Assembly (NCBI GenBank): GCA_032718475.1 | Contig: JAUCBJ010004882.1 | Location: forward strand, 1-46,514 | Length of the DNA: 46,514 nt | DNA from: Nemertoderma westbladi | Lineage: Eukaryota > Animalia > Xenacoelomorpha | Direction of reading: 5' to 3' | Shown here: piece by piece, positions 13,151-22,276 of the stretch | How positions within the stretch are numbered: position 1 is the first letter of the stretch | How the letters are laid out: each line of letters begins with the position of its first letter | Program-made: the position numbers and the translations under genes | Notes under the pieces: generated by a model | Told to the model about the DNA's origin: nothing | What the model saw: the letters and a program-made list of their open reading frames with translations, nothing else | Databases searched by the model: none

Positions 13151-13488
13151 TTACACAAGTATCCTACAATTTTATATAATATTTTATAGAAAGAATGGAA
13201 AATTTTTATAGAAAGACGCTTTAATGTATTTTTGTCACATCATCGATATCATTTAAAATAAATCACAACATATAATTATCACATAATCTTACACTGCTCC
13301 ATGATGGATATCCATGCGATTCTTGGTTGTAGCATGTCTAAAGTAGATAGTTTAGATACTGTATATCTGTGCTATTTTTGTACGGTCTGATTGTGCTTTA
13401 TATTTATGAACCTGTAGGAAATGGATCCATGTGGGCCCGATTTAAGATGAATAAATTAAAGTGAAGTTTACTGATGAGTGTTTCTGCC

Positions 13489-13864
13489 GGAAACCTGGGT
13501 GGCGGAAATAGGGAAACCTGCGTGGCGAATATACGGAATCCTGGGTGGCAGACATACGGAATCCTGGGTGGCAGACATACGGAAACATGGGTGGCGGACA
13601 TACGGAAACCTGGGTGGCAAACATACGGAAACCTGGGTGGCAGACATACGGAAACAAGGGTGGTGGACATACGGAAACCTGGGTGGCGGACATAAGGAAA
13701 CCTGGGTGGCGGACATACGGAAACCTGGGTGGCAGACACACGGAAACCTTGGTGGCAGACATACGGAAACCTGGGTGGCAGACGTACGGAAACCTGGGTG
13801 GCGGACATGCGGAATCCTGGATGGCAGACATACGGAAACATGGGTGGCGGACATATGGAAACCT
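13489..13864. repeat. Satellite 2, left part (23-bp unit)
   Basis: Tandem GGAAACCTGGGTGGC(G/A)GACATAC, about 16 copies. Confidence 0.97.
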
Positions 13865-14318
13865 ATATTAAATTAAATTAAAGGAAGAACAGGAGTCTTA
13901 CACCCCCAATAAAAAATATATAGAATCAGGACATTGAGTGTCGAGGTGACGAGGATTAGCGCGTACTGGTCCAAGACACCGAAACGCAACCATATTTTTC
14001 ACAAATTAATTATTTTTGCCTCAGTCATACCCCTTTCACGGCGACAAAATTGTCATATATTTTCTTATAGAATATAGGCTTAGCTATTGTGCAGTTTATT
14101 AACGGTATCATTTAGTGTATGGCGGGTAGGCTTAGGGTTAGGGTTGCGACACATACCTGTATGTTTAGCATGTATTTATATTTGTTTGTGTTTGTGTGTT
14201 TGTTGTTCTTTCGATGACCCTAGGGGTCGAGAAATATTTTGGGCTAAATGTCCTGATTCTATATATTTTTTATTGGGGGTGTAAGACTCCTGTTCTTCCT
14301 TTAATTTAATTTAATATA
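13864..14318. mobile_element. MITE with 72-bp perfect terminal inverted repeats
   Basis: 13864..13935 (TATATTAAATTAAATTAAAGGAAGAACAGGAGTC...GGACATT) is the exact reverse complement of 14247..14318. The interior is non-coding and contains TTAGGGTTAGGG and GT-rich simple repeats. Confidence 0.88.
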
Positions 14319-14367
14319 TACATACCAACCCCCTGTTAGTCAGTATGTCGTTAACATCAATTATCAT

Positions 14368-17300
14368 CATATGGAAACCTGGCTGGCGGACATACGGAAA
14401 TCTGGGTGGCAAACATACGGAAACCTGGGTGGCGGACATACGGAAACCTGGGTGACAGACATACGGAAACCTGGGTGGCAGAAATACGGAAACCTGGGTG
14501 GCGGACATACGGAAACCTGGGTGGCGGACACACAAAAACCTGGGTGGCGGACATACGGAAACCTGAGTGACAGACATACGGAAACCTGGGTGGTAGACAC
14601 ACGGAAACCTGAGTGGCAGACATACGGAAACCTGGGTGGCAAACACACGGAAACCTGGGTTGCAGACATACGGAAACCTAGGTGGAAGACGTACGGAATC
14701 CTGGGTGGCGGACATACGGAAACCTGGGTGGCAGACGTACGGAATCCTGGGTGGCGGACATACGGAAACATGGGTGGGGAATATACGGAATCCTGGCTGG
14801 CAGACACACGAAAACCTGAGTGGCAGACATACGGAAACCTGGGTGGCAAACATACGGAAACCTGGGTGGCGAATATACGGAATCCTGGGTGGCAGACACA
14901 CGGAAACCTGAGTGGCAGACATACGGAAACCTGGGTGGCAAACATACGGAAACGTGGATTGCAGACATACGGAAACCTGGGTGGCAGACGTACGGAATCC
15001 TGGGTGGCGGACATAGGGAATCCTGGGTGTCGGATATACGGAAACCTGGGTGGCGGACATACGGAAACCTGGCTGGCGGACATAGGGAAACCTGGGTGGC
15101 TGACATAGGGAAACCTGGGTGGTGGACATACGGAAACCTGGATGGCGGACATACGGAAACCTGGGTGGCGAATATACGGAAACCTGGGTGGCAGACATAG
15201 GGAAACTGGGTGGCGGACATACGGAGACCTGGGTGGCGGACATAGGGAAACCTGGGTGGCGGACATACGGAAACCTGGGTGGCAGACATACAGAAACCTG
15301 GGTGGCGGACATACGGAAACCTGGGTGGCGGACATAGGGAAACCTGGGTGGCGGACATACGGAAACCTGGGTGGCAGACATACGGAAACCTGGGTGGTGG
15401 ACATACGGAAATCTGGGTGGCGGACATACGGAAACCTGGGTGGCGGATATACGGAAACCTGGGCGGCAAACATACGGAAACCTGGGTGGAAGACATACGG
15501 AAACCTGGGTGGCGGACATACGGAAACCTGAGTGGCAGACATACGGAAACCTTGGTGGCAGACATACGGAAACCTGGGTGGCAGACATACGGAAACCTTG
15601 GTGGCAGACATACGGAAACCTGGGTGGCAGACGTACGGAAACCTGGGTGGCGGACATAGGGAAACCTGGGTGGCGAATATAAGGAAACCTGGGTGGCGGA
15701 CTTAGGGAAACCTGGGTGGCAGACATACGGAAACCTGGGTGGCGGACATGCGGAAACCTGGGTGGCGGACATACGGAAACCTGGGTGGCGGACATACGGA
15801 ATCCTGGGAGGCGAACATACGGAATCCTGGGTGGCTGACATAGGGAAACCTGGTGGCGGACATACGGAAACCTGGGTGGCGGACATACGGAAACCTGGGT
15901 GGCGGACATAGGGAAACCTGGGTGGCAGACATACGGAAACCTGGGTGGCGGACATACGGAAACCTGGGTGGCGAACATACGGAAACCTGGGTTGCAGACA
16001 TACGGAAACCTGGGTGGCGGACATACGGAAACCTGGGTGGCGGACATAGGGAAACCTGGGTGGCAGACATACGGAAACCTGGGTGGCGGACATACGGAAA
16101 CCTGGGTGGCAGACATACGGAAACCTGGGTGGCGGACATACGGAAACCTGGGTGGCGAACATACGGAAACCTGGGTTGCAGACATACGGAAACCTGGGTT
16201 GCGGACCTACGGAAACCTGGGTGGCGGACATACGGAAACCTGGGTTGCAGACATACGGAAACATGGATGGCGGACATACGGAAACCTGGGTGGCGAATAT
16301 ACGGAAACCTGGGTGGCGGACATACGGAAACCTGGGTGGCGGACATACGGAATCCTGGGTAGCAGACATACGGAAACCTTGGTGGCGGACATACGGAAAC
16401 CTGGGTGGCACACATACGGAAACCTGGGTGGCGGACATAGGGAAACCTTGGTGGCGGATACGGAAACCTGTGTGGCTGACATACTACGGAAACCTGGGTG
16501 GTAATATACGGAAACCAGGGTGGCGGACATACGGAAACCTGGGTGGTAGACATGCGGAAACATGGGTGGCGGGCATAGGGAAACCTGGGTGGCGGACATA
16601 CGGAAACCTGGGAGGCAGACATACGGAAACCTGGGTGGCAGACATACGGAAACCTGGGTGGCAGACATACGCAAACCTGGGTGGCAGGCATACGGAAACC
16701 AGGGTGGCGGACATACGGAAACCTGGGTGGCGAATATACGGAAACCTGGGTGGCGGACAACCGGAAACCTGGGTGGCGGACATACGGAATCCTGGGTGGC
16801 AGACATACGGAAACCTGGGTGGCAGACATACGGAAACCTGGGTGGCAGACATACGCAAACCTGGGTGGCAGGCATACGGAAACCAGGGTGGCGGACATAC
16901 GGAAACCTGGGTTGCGGACCTACGGAAACCTGGGTGGCGGACATACGGAAACCTGGGTTGCAGACATACGGAAACCTGGATGGCGGACATACGGAAACCT
17001 GGGTGGCGAATATACGGAAACCTGGGTGGCGGACATACGGAAACCTGGGTGGCGGACATACGGAATCCTGGGTAGCAGACATACGGAAACCTTGGTGGCG
17101 GACATACGGAAACCTGGGTGGCACACATACGGAAACCTGGGTGGCGGACATAGGGAAACCTTGGTGGCGGATACGGAAACCTGTGTGGCTGACATACTAC
17201 GGAAACCTGGGTGGTAATATACGGAAACCAGGGTGGCGGACATACGGAAACCTGGGTGGTAGACATGCGGAAACATGGGTGGCGGGCATAGGGAAACCTG

Positions 17301-18509
17301 GGTGGCGGACATACGGAAACCTGGGAGGCAGACATACGGAAACCTGGGTGGCAGACATACGGAAACCTGGGTGGCAGACATACGCAAACCTGGGTGGCGA
17401 ATATACGGAAACCTGCGTGGCGGACAACCGGAAACCTGGGCGGCGGACATACGGAATCCTGGGTGGCAGACATACGGAAACCTGGGTGGCAGACATACGG
17501 AAACCTGGGTGGCAGACATACGCAAACCTGGGTGGCAGGCATACGGAAACCAGGGTGGCGGACATACGGAAACCTGGGTGGCGAATATACGGAAACCTGG
17601 GTGGCGGACAACCGGAAACCTGGGTGGCGGACATACGGAATCCTGGGTGGCAGACATACGGAAACCTTGGTGGCGGACATACGGAAACCTGCGTGGCGAA
17701 CATACGGAACCCTGGGTGGCGGACATAGGGAAACCTGGGTGGCAGACACACGGAAACCTGGGTGGCGGACATACGGAAACCTGGGTGGCAGACATATGGA
17801 AACCTGGGTGGCTGACATATGGAAACCTGGGTGGCAGACATATCGAAACCTGGGTGGCGGACATACGGAAACCTGGGTGGCGAACATACGGAAACCTGGG
17901 TGGCGGACATACGGAAACCTGGGTGGCGGACATACGGAAACCTGGGTGGCGAACATACGGAAACCTGGGTGGCGGACATACGGAAACCTGGGTGGCGTAC
18001 ATACGGAAACCTGGGTGGCGGACATACGGAAACCTGGGTGGCGGACATACGGAAACCTGGGTGGCGAACATACGGAAACCTGGGTGGCGGACATACGAAA
18101 ACCTGGGTGGCGAACATACGGAAACCTGGGTGGCGAATATACGGAAACCTGGGTGGCGGACATACGGAAACCTGGGTGGCGAATATACGGAAACCTGGGT
18201 GGCTGACATAGGGAAACCTGGGTGGCGGACATACGGAAACCTGGGTGGCGAACATACGGAAACCTGGGTGGCGGACATACGGAAACCTGGGTGGCGAACA
18301 TACGGAAACCTGGGTGGCGAACATACGGAAACCTGGGTGGCGGACATACGGAAACCTGGGTGGCGGACATACGGAATCGTGGGTGGCGGACATACTGAAA
18401 CCTGGGTGGCGGACATACGGAAACCTGGGTGGCGGACATACGGAATCGTGGGTGGCGGACATACTGAAACCTGGGTGGCGGACATAGGGAAACTTGGGTA
18501 GCGAACATA
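14368..18509. repeat. Satellite 2, main array (23-bp unit)
   Basis: About 180 tandem copies of the 23-mer, with a 713-bp internal duplication marked by GACATACTACGGAAACCTGGGTGGTAATATACGG near 16478 and 17191. Confidence 0.98.
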
Positions 18510-18736
18510 TTTTCTGGAGGCCTACTTCCCCTGAAATAGGTTAAGATCGATCTGGAATTTGTTGGTGTTGGGGCGTCTATTAGGGAAAAGTTTCCCTTGT
18601 TTCAAAAGCAAACGTGTATACATTGCAAATAATAATTATACATGATTGGTTGATTCTAATATGCTAGTTTTAAAAGCAAGGATGTAGTCTAACTGCACTG
18701 TTAGTTTGATGCTAAAATCGTTGTATTTATTTTCAG

Positions 18737-19018
18737 ATCGAAATTACCCAGAAAAAAACCGGCAGCTGCTCGCACAGGGGCTCTCTGGCTGAATCCCACC
18801 GTAACCATGGAGACAACCAACCAGTGCAAGCTGTTAAACCGATTACCATATCATCAGTAGATGATATAAAGAAAGAGATACCGTTGGCGGAAGTCAATGT
18901 TCCAGAATTGGAAACTGTACCCGAACATTCGCCTGTGGTGATTAACCAACCTCCTCTGATACCAGTAAAACAATATGTATCGAAGGGTACAAATGGTTGT
19001 TCTTGTACCGTATCCTAA
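18737..19018 (+). CDS. Probable terminal coding exon (93 aa) of an unidentified gene, ending in a CaaX motif
   Basis: Acceptor-like TTGTATTTATTTTCAG ends at 18736. An open frame follows: IEITQKKTGSCSHRG...KGTNGCSCTVS-stop. It has higher GC than its flanks. Upstream exons were not identified. Confidence 0.5.
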   Translation: MEITQKKTGSCSHRGSLAESHRNHGDNQPVQAVKPITISSVDDIKKEIPLAEVNVPELETVPEHSPVVINQPPLIPVKQYVSKGTNGCSCTVS

Positions 19019-19563
19019 ATGTAGAAGTAATACCGGGTAGCGCACTAATTCCTATATGTAACACACTGAAAGCTGAAAGCACAGGTTCCAGCACAGTACT
19101 TTCATAATCACTCTAATGAATTAAATCAATTTTCACTCACTTAAAATATACTCAATATAATTATATGCCATCCATTTTCGCACCCAAAATAATCAAATTT
19201 ATGTTTATTTTTGTTTTGTATGAGCCTATTATTTAAACCATTAGATTCTACTGAGGCTGTCGTGGAACTGAGTACTGTGTACATCATGAAATAGTTGACC
19301 TGTATTTGTTGTATTTGTTATACTGTTAAACTTATTATTATCAAACCATAAAACGACATATTATTGCAATTGTAGGAATTTATTAGATATAAAATTTTAC
19401 GTGAATGTAGCTTCACTCCGTGGAAGCCCGTATGGTGAGTAGAGCCCTTATGCCGCACGAATTTGAATTGGTAAGGAGTTCCAAATGGAGGGATCTTGAA
19501 AAGGCATGGATCTTTTGGTGGATAGTCGCACCAGTAGTGGGTTGTAATAGGTCTTCTGTAGTT

Positions 19564-20642
19564 ACTAGGATCGGCATGCTGCATTGCAGCTGCATTTTTA
19601 AGAATGCTGTGCCGGCTTGTCAACAAAATTGCACCGCCACAACTCCCTATCACCCATGACATTTGCTAGATCATCCGCATCTTTAAGGCCAGTGTCCTTT
19701 AAGATGCGTCTCAAGAAAGTCATGGGCTGTCCACCATGCTTATTCACTCCATGAGGCTGCCAAAGTACAAGATTATGCACTGGGAGGTCCTCACAGCGAA
19801 AGCAATGTTCTGCAAAGCGGAGGCGATTTTGTTCTAGTGTCAAGCTTGGGGGAACCAATGAGACACCTCCAATGTTATATAGTGTCTGGTTGGAGATGTG
19901 TGCATTGTACTTGACACAATGTACCCGGCGTAGCATTCTTGTGAATGTGCCATCCAGAGATTTGGTGTCCTCAGCAGTTAGAGCCCAGCATGGACTCCCG
20001 TAGAGGAGCACTGGAACTACTGCTGCTCTAAATAATCGGACCTTAAGTTTCCGATTAATTCTAGGTGACTTCCAAATCCTGGAAAGCCTATTCAAGGCTG
20101 CCCATGCCTTTCCCTTACGTATTCGAAGGTCCTCACCTGACTTCCGGATCCATGATCCCAGGTAACAGAAGTCGTCCACATGCTCAAGCATACCATCCTT
20201 TGAGCTTATGCTCATCCGATCAGAGACTTGCTGAGGACTTTCAAAGTTAACTGTCAGAATTTTGGTCTTTCTGGAGTTAATAAAAAGACCAACACTAGAA
20301 GCAGCATGTTCTAATGAGCTGAGGAGCCGCTGGGCTCCCTCTAATGATTCTGAGAGTACTCCTAAGTCATCAGCAAAGTCTAGATCAGTTAGGTACTTGG
20401 CAGGATTTCCTCGACTTCTGGAGCCAGTAGGTGGAGTTATCATCACCCCATCATCATTATGATGATCTAAGGACATGCGTAGAACATAGTCAACCACAAT
20501 AATGAACAAGAATGGTGCAAGTGTGTCTCCTTGGAGGACGCCCCATAACACTTCAAATGGTTCTGTGTCACCGTCAACAGTAGACACAAATGTTGTCGAA
20601 CCATCGTATACTGATCTGATTGCTGCAATAATTTCATCAGGA
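19564..20642 (-). mobile_element. 5'-truncated RTE-type retrotransposon (copy 2) with 56-bp target-site duplication
   Basis: Near-identical to 6314..7393, with an uninterrupted frame containing GVLQGDTLAPFLF and LDFADD. Flanked by identical direct repeats at 19508..19563 and 20640..20695. Confidence 0.95.
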
Positions 20643-20848
20643 TCTTTTGGTGGATAGTCGCACCAGTAGTGGGTTGTAATAGGTCTTCTGTAGTTGACCA
20701 TAGATGATAATCTAGTCTGGTTTTGTTGGATATACTATCAGTTTTTTGAAAAGCAGTCCTAGGTCAGAAAACGATGTGATATGTCGCACATATGTAGAGC
20801 TACAACAACAACTGTACTTGGTGTTGGAAGAGCTATTGGATAGGTAGA

Positions 20849-21050
20849 ATACACCTGATTGGAGGAGGCCGGCAGACTAACACAGCTGTTTTGATGAGGC
20901 AGGTTGGATAGCACAGCTGATTGGAGGACAGCGGCAGGCTAGAATAGATGGTTAGATGAGAGTGGCTGTCAAGAACAGCTGATTGGTTGAGAAGGGCTGT
21001 CTTGCACATATGATTGGATAGGGCAGGGTAGCGCTAGCACAGCCGATTAG
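20849..21050. promoter_or_regulatory. Array of CANNTG-ATTGG (E-box plus inverted CCAAT) motifs at 31-bp period; regulatory role is inferred
   Basis: Motif cores start at 20852, 20883, 20914, 20945, 20976, 21007 and 21040, and the intervening sequence is divergent. Confidence 0.45.
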
Positions 21051-21980
21051 AGTATTGGTGGCCGGTTGGTAGTAAAGATGAGGATTTCCAAAGACTGGCA
21101 TCATACAACATGCTATAAGGCTGCAGCCTAGCAGCTCTATGTCTAGAATCAGGCATTATAGGAATTCACATTAAATGAAACCAAGGTGACTAACTCTATA
21201 GGAAAATATGGAAAAGTTTACTCTGGAAGATCACCCATGTGTTGTAAATCATACGTAAATAGCTGCAAGCAGATGCAAAAACGACTTAGTAAAACATGTC
21301 GTCGCGGTTATTATTGTGGGACGACTCTCAATTTCAAGTTCTAGTTACCATTATGAGTCGCCACAATAAATAATTATAGACGGCATACTGCAGTTAGATA
21401 ATGAATGAACCCAATTTACTGTACTAAATGTATGTATTATAGCCCACTGAACCAACTGTGTGGCTTATTAATCATAAAGGTATTGTGTAGCTTACCATGT
21501 TTTAATCGACGAATTTAAGCGGAAACTATATCAGTAATTACTACATTCTACAGGTTCAAAAACGTAGTGTGCCATTCTCCCCCGTGGATAATAGTACATA
21601 ATGATCACCATGTGGGTGAATTGAGTTCATTCAACCGAGCTTACTTAATCAAACGAGTAGAAAATATACTGGTTATGTCCACCCCATCTCATCGTAGGTG
21701 TTATGGTCCACTAACCAACCAACCATAGCATCTATTGTGTGAAAATCACATGTATCACAATCCCATATCATTACTGTGCCAAAACATATCTGTATTGTCT
21801 TCATCATCGATATATATTATTCATGTCATTAGGAAGAATTATTTTTAAATAAAATTCCCAGTGTTGAGTATTCTGTTGGCGGGGCATCTTGGCATTGGGA
21901 GGCGATCCTGGCAAAATGTTAACCAACCCGAGCTCCGGTTCCATAGAGAATACAACGGCGCTTGTGTGCAAACTCAATCG

Positions 21981-21994
21981 GTTGTCATAACAAC
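21981..21994 (+). promoter_or_regulatory. Candidate RFX X-box upstream of KIF19
   Basis: GTTGTCATAACAAC fits GTHNYY-AT-RRNAAC and lies ~280 bp upstream of the ATG of a ciliary kinesin. Confidence 0.6.
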
Positions 21995-22276
21995 ATGAAG
22001 AACAACTATACCCGATCGCCTGTAGAGTGGTGAAAAGAAAGGTTGCGAAATTCAGTAAATGCCAGCCATTCTAGGGAAATTCAATATGAACAAAATGTTG
22101 TCCAGTTAAATATTTAGAAGTTAATGTATCAGTTATATTGTATATAAAGTATTATTAATAAGGATATAATAATTATGACCCTTCGATATCATAGTAGTAC
22201 AGTTATAAAATAAATGCGGTTGCTCATTCGTTTGATGGGCCACGTAATATTATCATAGCCATTTTTTTTATGGAAG

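Noticed and set aside
1110-13169. ACAAGTGATACTATAA vs ACAAGTATCCTACAA flanking satellite 1 as a possible old TSD
   Set aside because: It needs a gap and two mismatches and is not flush with the right boundary; compatible with chance in AT-rich DNA.
14132-14145. TTAGGGTTAGGGTT as interstitial telomere
   Set aside because: Only about two units, inside a MITE, where such words are common.
1125-18509. Long repetitive ORFs (up to 674 aa) in satellites 1 and 2
   Set aside because: Unit lengths of 43/44 and 23 are not multiples of 3, ORFs appear in several frames and on both strands, and monomer indels ignore frame; these are translation artefacts.
18801-18814. X-box-like GTAACCATGGAGAC
   Set aside because: Imperfect match lying inside a probable coding exon, with no nearby gene start identified.
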